A stretch of 64,000 nucleotides of DNA from an uncultured Desulfospira sp. Lineage in GTDB: Bacteria > Desulfobacterota > Desulfobacteria > Desulfobacterales > Desulfobacteraceae. Location of the stretch: positions 5,152,001 to 5,216,000 of the forward strand of contig OY760175.1 in assembly GCA_963663165.1 (NCBI GenBank). Reading direction: 5' to 3'. Both the position numbers and the translations under genes were made by a program. A model generated the notes under the pieces. That model made no database searches, was not told the DNA's origin, and was given only the letters and a program-made list of their open reading frames with translations. Below are positions 38,135-47,971 of the stretch, in pieces; the first letter of the stretch is position 1; the number at the start of each line of letters is the position of its first letter.

Positions 38135-38250
38135 TATTCAATCAATTTTCTCATTTTATCTTAATAAAAACGCGGTACCCTATCCCTGATGAACCTAAAA
38201 CGGTGAACTCGCCTGCGAGGCGTTTCACGCGCAATTTCCAAAGAAATGTA

Positions 38251-38646
38251 ATGGGCCAGGGAATTTTGGGAACAATATCTCAATCAGGGGAGATTACCCT
38301 GTTTAACAAAGGCGGACGGCCGGTGGCCTACATCCATCCTGGTGAAGAACCGGTCATCTATTTATGGGGCGGCCGGGCCGTGGCCTATCTGTCCGGCCAT
38401 CATGTCTATGGGTTTAACGGCAGGCATCTCGGGTGGTTTGACCAAGGGGTCATCTTCAACCATTGCGGCGAAAAGATCGGGTTTACGAAAAGTGAATGCC
38501 CCGGCCTGCCCGGTGCGGAGCCCGTTAAAATGGGTAAATTGATTCAGCAGGTCCGGTCCATAAAAGAAACCGCCCCGCCCAAGCCGTTAAGCCCGGTTTC
38601 CATCTCAAATGAAAATTTCGTTTCTTTCCTTACTTCGGGCACCTGA
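38251..38646 (+). CDS. Small beta-rich protein (4-fold beta-flower-like)
   Basis: Four short repeats LFNKGGRPVAY / IYLWGGRAVAY / VYGFNGRHLGW / IFNHCGEKIGF; start uncertain. Confidence 0.55.
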   Translation: MGQGILGTISQSGEITLFNKGGRPVAYIHPGEEPVIYLWGGRAVAYLSGHHVYGFNGRHLGWFDQGVIFNHCGEKIGFTKSECPGLPGAEPVKMGKLIQQVRSIKETAPPKPLSPVSISNENFVSFLTSGT

Positions 38647-38841
38647 AGCCCTGGTTCGGGAACCAGGCTGACGCGACGGTTAATTTTCAATAAAATGGAC
38701 TTGGGACCTGGGATATGGGACTTGGGGATTGCCGTATCCATGGCATCCCCCTAAGCGTCATGGGGCAATGGCGGGCAACGCTACGCTGCTACGCTGCTGC
38801 GCTTTTGCCCGCCCCATAAATTGTATACAACCGGCATTTAA

Positions 38842-39633
38842 TCAGCTGTCCCCTCTCCTAAGACAGATGAGTGCCGTAATTCCGAAGGCCATCATGAGGG
38901 CTGAGCCCGGAAGCGGTACATTGGAAATGGTTAGATTGTCATAATAATGATAATAAGCAGCGTTCCCTACGGCGGCATCTTCATTGGAGATCCGGACAAA
39001 GTTCAGGTTGTCCACTGCAGTGCTGAAGGATATGCTGGTGAGGGAGGCAACTGCGGTACTTGCACCTGTTTCGTATACGTTGATGTCAAATAGGTCCGTG
39101 TCTGTATTTCCGGAAACTTCAACGGTATACCATTTCTTACTAACAAATCCCGTGGTAACGTCCTGCCAGGCAGAGCCGTCGTGGTAGGCCAGTGATGTAA
39201 TGGAATTGGCATTGGTACTCAGCCAGACGGCAATATTTCCACTGCCGTCCGTCAATGCCAGCGAAGACCGGTCTTCAAGTCCGCCGGCACCAGACCCCAT
39301 ATAGATATCATAGCTGGCGGTAAATACCCCTGAAATCTCGTTAAACCGCTTGGTGGAAACCGCGTCATAATTTTCTGTAGTATTCGTGTTGCTGAGTTTT
39401 ACGCTGAAATAACTGCCGTCTCCAGAAAAGGAGCTGCCTAGGTACACCGTCATCCTGTCCGACCTGCCGGTGGTCTGCCAGTTGTTGCTCTCATCGCCCG
39501 GTTGTCCGTGAATGTTTCCCTGAACATAGTCTTCGCCTGAGCTAAAACTGATGGTTGACGTTGCCGCCCCTGCCGTGGAAACCAATCCAACACAAATTAT
39601 CGCCATCAGACAGGCCCGTAAATTTTTTTTCAT
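38842..39633 (-). CDS. Secreted protein with PEP-CTERM/VPLPA-CTERM-type sorting signal
   Basis: Signal peptide, Ser/Thr/Asn-rich body, C-terminal VPLPGS + TM + LRR. Confidence 0.85.
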   Translation of the reverse strand: MKKNLRACLMAIICVGLVSTAGAATSTISFSSGEDYVQGNIHGQPGDESNNWQTTGRSDRMTVYLGSSFSGDGSYFSVKLSNTNTTENYDAVSTKRFNEISGVFTASYDIYMGSGAGGLEDRSSLALTDGSGNIAVWLSTNANSITSLAYHDGSAWQDVTTGFVSKKWYTVEVSGNTDTDLFDINVYETGASTAVASLTSISFSTAVDNLNFVRISNEDAAVGNAAYYHYYDNLTISNVPLPGSALMMAFGITALICLRRGDS

Positions 39634-39737
39634 CCGTTTCTCCTTTTCGGTTGTTACAGAATTATATTATGTTGCTGCTTGACAGGCATCGCTTTTTTAG
39701 AAAGCGATATACATTTTGTTTGTATGAAGGTGATTTA

Positions 39738-39753
39738 TGCATATTCCATGCCT
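39738..39753 (-). promoter_or_regulatory. Putative sigma-54 promoter of the PEP-CTERM gene
   Basis: Minus strand AGGCATGGAATATGCA (GG-N10-GC); IHF-like TTTCAAATAGTTA at 39850-39862 on the minus strand. Confidence 0.55.
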
Positions 39754-40159
39754 TCTTTGGGCTGATGGACAGATAATACAAGGTCATCTAAATAATCAGG
39801 CCCTGGGAAACCTGTTGCCATATAAGGGATTTCAGCTTGTTGTTTTCGTTAACTATTTGAAATATCAGTTTTTCTATCAGCAGCGAGGATTTTGGGAGCA
39901 GCAATGAAACAAAGGGGAGAAATTATCTAAAGAATACAATTTTTTAAGACGGTATTTTAGATTGTTATAGCAGGTTCATATTAATTGTGAAAATAAATTC
40001 ACAATCAACGCACATTTTTTTCACACTATGGGAAGTTTTTTTCATAGTCAACCCGGAATAGGTCAGATATGATGGGTTAGGCAAGCTTTACAAAACCGGC
40101 AAGTCCTATTATGATCAAGACAACAAAAACAACCTGAAAAATCAAATGGCTGGGTATAA

Positions 40160-40480
40160 ATGACAAATGAAAACCAAAGGACTGAGCTCAGGGGCACTGC
40201 CGGGGTCGATTCAAGTGTTGAATTTAAGCCTGTAAATGCGGAACTGGCCTATCTGTTTAAACTCCGGGACTATTCACGAAAGGGTCTTGGTATTCTGGTT
40301 AATGAAAATTCAAAAGTGTTGCAATCCATCAAGGCCGGGGATGAACTGGATATGAAGCTTTATCAGGGCAATGACTCCCCGGCTCCGGTACCTGTCCGGG
40401 CAAGAATCCAGCATATATCCCGCCCGGCCGGGGGGCCGCAGACCAATCATCTGATTGTGGGGCTTTTAATTCTGAAGTAG
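40160..40480 (+). CDS. Stand-alone PilZ-domain protein
   Basis: RxxxR (RTELR) and DxSxxG (DYSRKG) c-di-GMP-binding motifs. Confidence 0.8.
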   Translation: MTNENQRTELRGTAGVDSSVEFKPVNAELAYLFKLRDYSRKGLGILVNENSKVLQSIKAGDELDMKLYQGNDSPAPVPVRARIQHISRPAGGPQTNHLIVGLLILK

Positions 40481-40532
40481 GGTCCCCTTTTTGCCGGTTT
40501 TAAGTCCGGGAATGGGGAAAGGAATAAGTGAA

Positions 40533-41561
40533 ATGAAGACAGCAAAAAGGTCTGTTGCCGGCGCTTGCCTGGCCCTTTTTTTCTGCGTGTTCGCTTATCG
40601 CGGCGTCATGGCCGATTCCAGGGTTATCCGAATCGGTACCGGCGGTAAAACAGGGGTTTATTATCCTGTGGGCAAACTGCTGGCATTTGGGCTCACCCGG
40701 CAGTATGCCGGAAAAGATTTATTCTGGGAAAATGGTCAGGCCAACGACTCAGGGCTTATTGCCGTTGCCCAGAATTCAGCCGGATCGGTAGAAAATATCA
40801 ATACCATTCTTTCTGGCGAAACAGAGTTGGGCCTGGTTCAGGCCGATGTGGCATTTGAGGCTTACAAATCCCTGGGGCCCTTTAAGGAAACACCGGATAG
40901 CGAAAATATCCGGGCCGTTGCCAGTCTGTATCCGGAGAAATTTCAGATCGTGGTCAGAAAAGATGCGGGAATTCACCAGGTCAGCCAGTTAAAGGGGAAA
41001 CGGATTTCCCTGGATGAGCAGGGATCCGGAACCCTGACGGTCATGCGGATTGTGATGAATGCCTGCGGCCTTTCAGAAGAAGACCTGCTGCCGGTTTATC
41101 TAAAGCCCGTATTTACCCGGGAAAAAATGCTTGCCGGTGACCTGGACGGGTTTGCCATGATGGCGGGCGTCCCTATGGAAGCCGTATCCGACCTGTCCCG
41201 GATCGGGGTGTCCCTGGTGCCCATCAAAGATGAATGTCTATATAAAATCAATGAAAGCTACCCCCATCTGGTGAGGGGGATTATTCCTGCCGGAATCTAT
41301 CCGGGTATCCCCGATACCCAGACGATTCAGGTGTTTGCCCTGCTGGTGGTTCATGCCCAAATGGATCCGGCCCTTGTGTTTAAGATTACCAAAGGCTTGT
41401 GGAGTGAATCCATGGGGGAGCTGTTTGCCCAGGGGCATCCCCAGGCATCTGAAATTAAACTTCAAACCGCCTTAACCGGGTTGAGCATCCCCTTTCACCA
41501 GGGGGCAAAAAAATTTTACACCAGCGTTGGCCTGTCGGTTGAGGGAGGCTGCCTTCAGTGA
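40533..41561 (+). CDS. TAXI-family TRAP solute-binding protein
   Basis: IGTGGKTGVYYPVG, SAGSVENI, LYPEKFQIVVRKD and IPFHQGAKKFY. Confidence 0.9.
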   Translation: MKTAKRSVAGACLALFFCVFAYRGVMADSRVIRIGTGGKTGVYYPVGKLLAFGLTRQYAGKDLFWENGQANDSGLIAVAQNSAGSVENINTILSGETELGLVQADVAFEAYKSLGPFKETPDSENIRAVASLYPEKFQIVVRKDAGIHQVSQLKGKRISLDEQGSGTLTVMRIVMNACGLSEEDLLPVYLKPVFTREKMLAGDLDGFAMMAGVPMEAVSDLSRIGVSLVPIKDECLYKINESYPHLVRGIIPAGIYPGIPDTQTIQVFALLVVHAQMDPALVFKITKGLWSESMGELFAQGHPQASEIKLQTALTGLSIPFHQGAKKFYTSVGLSVEGGCLQ

Positions 41562-44101
41562 AAAAGGCCTGGCCCATATCCCAGATTCTGTTGCTCAGCT
41601 CCATTTTGATCGCCATCGGCGCTGTGCTGACAACCCTTTGCTGGACCAATGTGACCCTTCGGTCCGTGGGCCGAAACCTTCCCAACACCTTGATCAAAGA
41701 GCTGATCTCCCTTGACAAGGTTCTGGAGCATCTGTCAGAGGTGGTCTTTCAGGCAGAACTGCATGCGAAAGATCCGGTACATTCAAATTTTAACCTTCTC
41801 AAAGAAAAGGTTCAGGACGCCTATGAAGCCGTCAACGGGCTTCGCCGAACCTATGTGTTTGATAATCTGGTCCAGGCGTCAAAATTTCATACCGTTGTGG
41901 CACCGGCCATTTCAGACTTGCAGATCTGGCTGGCCGAGGGGATTTCCGGGTACCCTCCCCAATCGGAGATCACGGCGCAAATCATTCTGTCCAGGATAGC
42001 GACGGCCTATGAAAAGGCCCAGGACCTGACCGCAAAATCCCGTCTCAATGCCCAGAAAAGGCTCAGGGATGAAACCGCCCGGCTCGGTCATTTCCAGTAC
42101 AGTGTAAACTGGCTGTTTATGGTGACCCTGGCCATTATTCTGATTATTATAGCCCTTTTTATTCATCAGCATAACCTGAAAACCAGGGAGATCAAAATTC
42201 AGACAGCCCTTGCCGGCCAGAGGGATTTATTAAATTCCCTGTTTGAAAATATTCTTTTGGGGATAACCGTGTGGGACAACAATGGTCAGCTTTTATTTAC
42301 CAATGGATATTTCACAAAGCTGACCGGGTATACGGATCTGGATATAACAAATGTGAAAGAGTTTTTTGACAAGGCCTTTCCTGACCCGGCCTACAGGGAA
42401 AAAGTGCGTGGGGTCTGGAAGGAATCTGTCAAAGAAGGCTTGGCGGTTCGGGAATACCAGATTGTGTGCAAAAGTGGGGAGAAAAAAGATATTGAATTCA
42501 GGGGAACCCTCATGCCCGACAAGCGGGCCCTGGTTTCCATGGCCGATACAACTGCGGCCAACAAAGCCCGGGCTGTCCGCAGGGAAAACCAGCTGCGCAT
42601 GAAGGCTATTCTTGAGGCCATTCCAGATCCCATGGTCATGTACAGCAGAACAGGCCATCCCGAGTATGTGAACCCGTCGTTTACCCGGGTGTTCGGCTGG
42701 ACTTTGGATGAGTTCAGAAGTGGACGGGTGTCCTTTGTGCCGGAAAAAGAACAGGAACTGACCGAAAAAAAAGTAAAGGAAGTGTATGCCACCGGCGGTC
42801 CGGTCCGGTTTGAGACCAAGCGGTATACCAAAACCGGGCAGCTCCTGGATATTTTCATGGGAGCGGCAGCCGCCACCGGGGCTGACGGCCAGCCCGGGGG
42901 GCTGGTGATTAACCTGACCGATGTTACGGAAAAAAATATCCTGGAAGCCCAATATGAGCAGGCCCAGAAAATGGAGTCCTTAGGAACCCTGGCCGGCGGG
43001 ATTGCCCATGATTTTAACAACCTGCTTTCAGGGATATACGGGTACATGGATCTGGCCCGGTTGAAAACCAAGGAACCGAAAATCCGGGAATACCTGGAAA
43101 AGGCCCATGCCTCTTCGGAACGGGCCAAGGGGCTGACCTATCAACTGCTAACCTTTTCCAAGGGCGGGGCACCGGTCAAAAAAGTGGGCCCCCTGGTTCC
43201 GTTTTTGAAAGAAACGGTACAGTTTGCCTTAAGCGGTGCCAATGTGGCGTGCGGCTTTGATCTGCCTGAGGACCTGTGGATGTGTGACTATGACAAAAAT
43301 CAGATGGGACAGGTCATTGATAATTTAACCATCAACGCCCACCATGCCATGCCCCCAGGGGGCAGCATCACGGTAAAGGCTGAAAATATACAGATCGGCC
43401 GGCGGGACCATCACGGGTTGGAACCGGGCAAGTATGTCAAAATTTCCATCGCCGATACCGGCATGGGCATCCCGGTCAAATACCTGTCCAAAATTTTTGA
43501 TCCGTTTTTTACAACCAAACAAAAGGGTTCCGGATTAGGGCTTGCCACTTCCTATTCCATTGTCAAGCGGCACGGCGGGAAGATAGATGTCCAGTCCAAG
43601 CTCGGCTCGGGAAGCGTGTTTACCATTTTTCTGCCCGGCCTTGAGGTTTCTGGCGAGCAGAAGGTTGAAAAAGCCAATGCTGTTTTCCAGGGCAGCGGGC
43701 GGATACTGATCATGGACGACGAAAAAATGATCCGGGAAATGCTGTCCGGTATGCTGGAATACATGGGATTTGAGGTGGAAAGCGTTGAAGAGGGCGGTCA
43801 GGTTCTCACGGCATGGGAAAGGTCCCTGGAACAGGAAAACCCTTTCAGGGCCGTTATCCTTGATCTGACCGTTCCCGGCGGAATGGGGGGAAAGGATGCG
43901 GTGCGTCAGATCCGCAAAAAGGATCAGCATCTGCCCGTGTTTGTGGCCAGCGGTTATTCAGAGGACCAGGTCATGGCCTCTCCCGGGACCTTCGGCTTTA
44001 CGGCCAGCATTGAAAAGCCTTTCACGGTTCTCACGCTGTCCCAGTTGTTTAAGCAGTATCTGCCGGCCCGGAATGTCTGTATAGACAAGGAATCTAATTG
44101 A
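41558..44101 (+). CDS. Membrane hybrid sensor histidine kinase (2 TM, 2 PAS, HisKA, HATPase, REC)
   Basis: LAGGIAHDFNNLL H-box, DTGMGI, FDPFFTTK, GSGLGL, and receiver ILIMDDE...ILDLTVPGGMGG. Confidence 0.93.
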   Translation: MKKAWPISQILLLSSILIAIGAVLTTLCWTNVTLRSVGRNLPNTLIKELISLDKVLEHLSEVVFQAELHAKDPVHSNFNLLKEKVQDAYEAVNGLRRTYVFDNLVQASKFHTVVAPAISDLQIWLAEGISGYPPQSEITAQIILSRIATAYEKAQDLTAKSRLNAQKRLRDETARLGHFQYSVNWLFMVTLAIILIIIALFIHQHNLKTREIKIQTALAGQRDLLNSLFENILLGITVWDNNGQLLFTNGYFTKLTGYTDLDITNVKEFFDKAFPDPAYREKVRGVWKESVKEGLAVREYQIVCKSGEKKDIEFRGTLMPDKRALVSMADTTAANKARAVRRENQLRMKAILEAIPDPMVMYSRTGHPEYVNPSFTRVFGWTLDEFRSGRVSFVPEKEQELTEKKVKEVYATGGPVRFETKRYTKTGQLLDIFMGAAAATGADGQPGGLVINLTDVTEKNILEAQYEQAQKMESLGTLAGGIAHDFNNLLSGIYGYMDLARLKTKEPKIREYLEKAHASSERAKGLTYQLLTFSKGGAPVKKVGPLVPFLKETVQFALSGANVACGFDLPEDLWMCDYDKNQMGQVIDNLTINAHHAMPPGGSITVKAENIQIGRRDHHGLEPGKYVKISIADTGMGIPVKYLSKIFDPFFTTKQKGSGLGLATSYSIVKRHGGKIDVQSKLGSGSVFTIFLPGLEVSGEQKVEKANAVFQGSGRILIMDDEKMIREMLSGMLEYMGFEVESVEEGGQVLTAWERSLEQENPFRAVILDLTVPGGMGGKDAVRQIRKKDQHLPVFVASGYSEDQVMASPGTFGFTASIEKPFTVLTLSQLFKQYLPARNVCIDKESN

Positions 44102-45326
44102 TATTCAGCCTGTACAGGGGATCTCCTACCAGCACCATTTTCCAGGACAAATAGGGAATGCTCAGCATATAGCTTTCCGCCAGGGTCAGGTATCCTTCGG
44201 AAAGCATGCCAAAAAAAAGAACCGGAACCGGAAATGACTGGACATAAGGTTCCCCCACCGGTCCCACGGTTGCGGCAATCCCTTTGTCCAGCATTTTTTT
44301 GCACCAGACATGGCTGTCTTTATTTTTCAGGGTGGTGCATTCACTGGACGCAATGTGAAATCCCACCGAGCCTTTGGCCCAGGTAAAGGCGTCCACATAA
44401 TTTGCCAGTTTGTACCAGCCGCAGTATATGGCGGCATCCGGGCAGTCCCCGGGCCCGAACAGTTCCTGGGTCTGCTCTAAGACAACCGGCATGATGTTTT
44501 TGGTGTTAAAGTGGTTGGCTGAGAGGTGGATGGATTTGTCATAAAACGCATATCCGGACAGTTTCTTATTTCCCGGGTCCTTCCATCGGGCATCAAAGTA
44601 GGCCTTCCCTTTTAACCCCTGCTTTTCAGCCTCAAGGCTATCGTTGATAATCCGTTTGACCACTTGGCCGGATGCCCCGTCCAGACGGCTGGTCATGATG
44701 ACCTCGGATTTGTCAATGGCCAGTTTCTGGTTTTTAAAGCCCGGGTAAAAGGGGTTAGGCTGCCACATTTTGAGCTCGTAATTGTCTTTTTTAACCAGGC
44801 AGAGTTCCGAGTCAAAGGAGGAGACCCGGTCAAGGCTTCGTTTAAACTGTGTATAGGCTCTGTCCGCCTTGTCGCGTTCTTTTTTAAGCACTGCCAGGGC
44901 CGTCTCGTCAAGGGTTTTGCCCTGGTCGATTTTGCTTTGAATGCTCTCTTTTTGTGCTTTGAGCGCGGCCAGCCTTTCCTCCTCGCCGGCGGTATTTTTA
45001 GGCGCGGAGATTCTTAAGGGAACCCCGAACATGATCACGGCCGCCCTGATTTTGGGGTTGGCGGAAAGGGCCCGGCGAATTTTGGGAACCGCCTTTTTTT
45101 CATAATCTTCCCGGGAACAGGTTTCTTTGTCCGTCATCCAGAGCTGGACCAGATTTTCTTTGGGAATGTTTCTTTTTTCCATATAATACGAGGCAAGCCC
45201 CGTGCTGCTGGCCGCATTTTTATTGGCAATCACCATGACTTCATCCGGCGAAAGCGCCATGGCCGCATTATTGAAGAAGAAGGCCGTTGAAAAACAGACC
45301 ACGGCAAGGTAAACAAAATTTCTCAT
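44094..45326 (-). CDS. Exported protein resembling the TIGR03790 family
   Basis: Signal peptide; ALSPDEVMVIAN, LASYYMEKRNIP, DSEL, SRLDG, YCGWY, GFHIASSE, GPVGEPY and LSWKMVLVGDPLY. Confidence 0.75.
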   Translation of the reverse strand: MRNFVYLAVVCFSTAFFFNNAAMALSPDEVMVIANKNAASSTGLASYYMEKRNIPKENLVQLWMTDKETCSREDYEKKAVPKIRRALSANPKIRAAVIMFGVPLRISAPKNTAGEEERLAALKAQKESIQSKIDQGKTLDETALAVLKKERDKADRAYTQFKRSLDRVSSFDSELCLVKKDNYELKMWQPNPFYPGFKNQKLAIDKSEVIMTSRLDGASGQVVKRIINDSLEAEKQGLKGKAYFDARWKDPGNKKLSGYAFYDKSIHLSANHFNTKNIMPVVLEQTQELFGPGDCPDAAIYCGWYKLANYVDAFTWAKGSVGFHIASSECTTLKNKDSHVWCKKMLDKGIAATVGPVGEPYVQSFPVPVLFFGMLSEGYLTLAESYMLSIPYLSWKMVLVGDPLYRLNIN

Positions 45327-45330
45327 GGGC

Positions 45331-46098
45331 TCACAGCTCCTTTGAGATGATCCGCAGCCCATCCAGGGTCAGGTCCTGGTCCACCAGTTCAATAGACTGT
45401 GAGACATCTGCGATAAGGGGGGCCAGCCCCCCGGTTGCAATGACTTTGGGCGATATGCCCATTTCTGTTGCCATCCGGGCCACCATGCCGTCCACCATGG
45501 CGGCGCATCCGTAAATAATGCCCGACTGCATACTCTCAATGGTGTCTTTGCCGATGACCTTTTCAGGGGCCTTGAAGATTTCCACCCGGGGCAGCCGGGA
45601 TGCCCTTTGAAAGAGGGCTTCAGCCGAGATCATGATGCCCGGGACAATGGCCCCGCCAAGGTATTCGCCTTTAGGGGAAATCACGTCAAAGGTGGTGGCG
45701 GTTCCAAAATCAATAATGATCATGCCGGTTTGATACCGGGCAAAGGCCCCCACGGCATTGACAATCCGGTCAGCCCCCACCTCATTGGGGTTGCTGTACA
45801 GGATGGGCATGATTTTTTTAACGGATGCCGAACTGATCCACTCAGGGGCCAGGTTCAGGTACTTTTTGCTGAACCCGTCAAGTATCCTCACCGAAGAGGG
45901 AACAACCGACGAGACCACCACCCGGGTGATGCTGCTCAGGTTGATGTTTTTATCTGAAAACAAGGCCTTTGCCAGAATATTAAATTCATCGGCGGTATTG
46001 TCCCGGACCGTCCGGATCCGCCAGCTTTCTTTTAAGACATTATCTTCATAAACACCAATAACGGTATTGGTGTTGCCCACATCAATTACCAGAAGCAT
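45331..46098 (-). CDS. coaX: Type III pantothenate kinase
   Basis: IDVGNTN, VGADRIVN, IDFGTATTFD and IATGG. Confidence 0.95.
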   Translation of the reverse strand: MLLVIDVGNTNTVIGVYEDNVLKESWRIRTVRDNTADEFNILAKALFSDKNINLSSITRVVVSSVVPSSVRILDGFSKKYLNLAPEWISSASVKKIMPILYSNPNEVGADRIVNAVGAFARYQTGMIIIDFGTATTFDVISPKGEYLGGAIVPGIMISAEALFQRASRLPRVEIFKAPEKVIGKDTIESMQSGIIYGCAAMVDGMVARMATEMGISPKVIATGGLAPLIADVSQSIELVDQDLTLDGLRIISKEL

Positions 46099-46109
46099 GG
46101 CAGGTCTCC

Positions 46110-47045
46110 TTAATGGATTTTAACGGTAAAGACTTTGGGGTCCGCTCCGGTCATGATGAGGCCGGCCGGCACGTTCACATGAACATGCCGGGCATAAATG
46201 CCGGGTTTCATGCCGGCAAGATCAACAAACGCAAACACCTGGTCTGTAATTTTTTGGTTTCCCATGGCCTCAAAAGGCCCTTTTATGGTGATATGTATGG
46301 TCTTGGGTTCAATATGGACTTTGGTTTTGGCCCCGGCATTCCATATTCTGATAGGAATATCCTTAAACGACCGGGTCACCTGTTTCTCCTGAATGGGAAC
46401 CGTGACCACAATAATATCCTGTGAAGCAGAATACAGCTTATGGTCCTCCAGGTCCAGTGGCAGCTTTTTTTTAAAGGTTTCCTGGGCATTGTTCAGATCA
46501 ATGGGTTTGGTTTTTAAGGTATCAATGGCACTAATTAAGGATATCGGGCCTTCCAGGGTGACACCGGAGGGTTCACAGGCCGCCTCAAGGGCGATGTGCC
46601 CCTTGGCGGGTGTCCCGGTATAGGGAACCGTTACCTTAAAGGTTTTGATCAGGTTTTTTTCAAGGTGGACGCTCAGATAGGAAGGGTTGATATCCACTAT
46701 TTTGACGGCCTGATGCACGGGAATTCTGTTCTTGTCAACGGGCAGCAGATAGTCCCCCGGCCGGATGGAATCCGATGCCCCGGCCGGGTCAAATTCCAGG
46801 TCGGTGTACAGATCCGCCGGATACCGGATATTTTTTTTGTTGATCATTTCAATGTGGCGGGGGGAGGCCTGGATCCGGATTTCAATCTTGTCGGTGCTGT
46901 AAGAGGTCAGGACCATGTCCGACGGGACATTGGAAAAGTCCACCGGAAGCAGAAGGTCTGTTTCCACCGGCTCTGGGGTGCAGGCGCTGAAAAGAAAAAG
47001 GAGCAGGAGCAGTATGGCCGCCCCTGCACTCCTTAGATCAGGCAT
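46110..47045 (-). CDS. cdaR: CdaR/YbbR-family protein
   Basis: Hydrophobic N-terminus followed by repeated YbbR-like modules (EPSGVTLEGP, EPKTIHITIKGP, VDLAGMKPG); lies after folP; ATG 47045 overlaps the folP end. Confidence 0.75.
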   Translation of the reverse strand: MPDLRSAGAAILLLLLFLFSACTPEPVETDLLLPVDFSNVPSDMVLTSYSTDKIEIRIQASPRHIEMINKKNIRYPADLYTDLEFDPAGASDSIRPGDYLLPVDKNRIPVHQAVKIVDINPSYLSVHLEKNLIKTFKVTVPYTGTPAKGHIALEAACEPSGVTLEGPISLISAIDTLKTKPIDLNNAQETFKKKLPLDLEDHKLYSASQDIIVVTVPIQEKQVTRSFKDIPIRIWNAGAKTKVHIEPKTIHITIKGPFEAMGNQKITDQVFAFVDLAGMKPGIYARHVHVNVPAGLIMTGADPKVFTVKIH

Positions 47046-47904
47046 TCCTGACAGCGTCAATGATTTTGGTAAATGAAACCGCACGCTCGACATCATGAAC
47101 CCTCACAATATGGGCCCCGTTGGCAATGGATACGGCCAGTGTGGCCAGGGTCCCGATCCCGGTGTCTTCATGGTCCGGCCCCACAGGGGATTGTTGCCCC
47201 CGGCCCAGAATTTTCTGGATAAAGGACTTTCGCGACGTCCCCATGAGCACGGGAAATCCCAGGTCTGCGATTTTTTTAAGCTGTTTGATGATCACCAGGT
47301 TATGGGTAACGGTTTTGCCGAATCCAATGCCCGGGTCCAGGATAATCAACTCTTTGGGGACCCCTTTGGAAATGGCAAACTCAACCCGCTGTTGAAGATA
47401 GGTGGTGATTTCCGCCATCAGGTCGTCATAATCCGGATTGACCTGCATGGTTTCCGGGGTCCCTTTCATGTGCATGAGGACCACAGGGGCTTTTTTTTCG
47501 GCTGCCAGATCGGCCATGGCCGGATCTTTCTCAAAAGCTGAAATATCGTTGATAATGGCAGCACCTGCATCTAAGGCGGCCCGGGCCACGCCTGATTTGA
47601 CCGTATCAATGGAAATGGGCGCATCAATTCGGGGGGCCAGGGCTTCGATGACCGGAAGGACCCGGTCCATCTCCTCCTGTTCGGAGACCGGTGCGGAAAA
47701 GGGACGGGTGGATTCACCGCCGATATCCAGGATATGGGCCCCGGCGTTGACCAGGCTGATCCCCTGTTGGACAGCCGCTGCCAAGGTGTTGTATTTCCCG
47801 CCGTCGGAAAAGGAATCCGGGGTAACGTTTAATATCCCCATAATGCAGGTTTCAGGGCCGAGTTCAAGATTAAAGCGATCAAAATTTAGGGTAAATTTCT
47901 GCAT
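47038..47904 (-). CDS. folP: Dihydropteroate synthase
   Basis: IMGILNVTPDSFSDGG, DIGGESTRP, DPGIGFGK, SRKSF and IVRVHDV. Confidence 0.97.
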   Translation of the reverse strand: MQKFTLNFDRFNLELGPETCIMGILNVTPDSFSDGGKYNTLAAAVQQGISLVNAGAHILDIGGESTRPFSAPVSEQEEMDRVLPVIEALAPRIDAPISIDTVKSGVARAALDAGAAIINDISAFEKDPAMADLAAEKKAPVVLMHMKGTPETMQVNPDYDDLMAEITTYLQQRVEFAISKGVPKELIILDPGIGFGKTVTHNLVIIKQLKKIADLGFPVLMGTSRKSFIQKILGRGQQSPVGPDHEDTGIGTLATLAVSIANGAHIVRVHDVERAVSFTKIIDAVRNA

Positions 47905-47971
47905 ATCGAAAATAAAAATATCTGAAGTTGAAAAACAGGGGGTGAATAATGACACCCCCTGTTAGAGGGTG

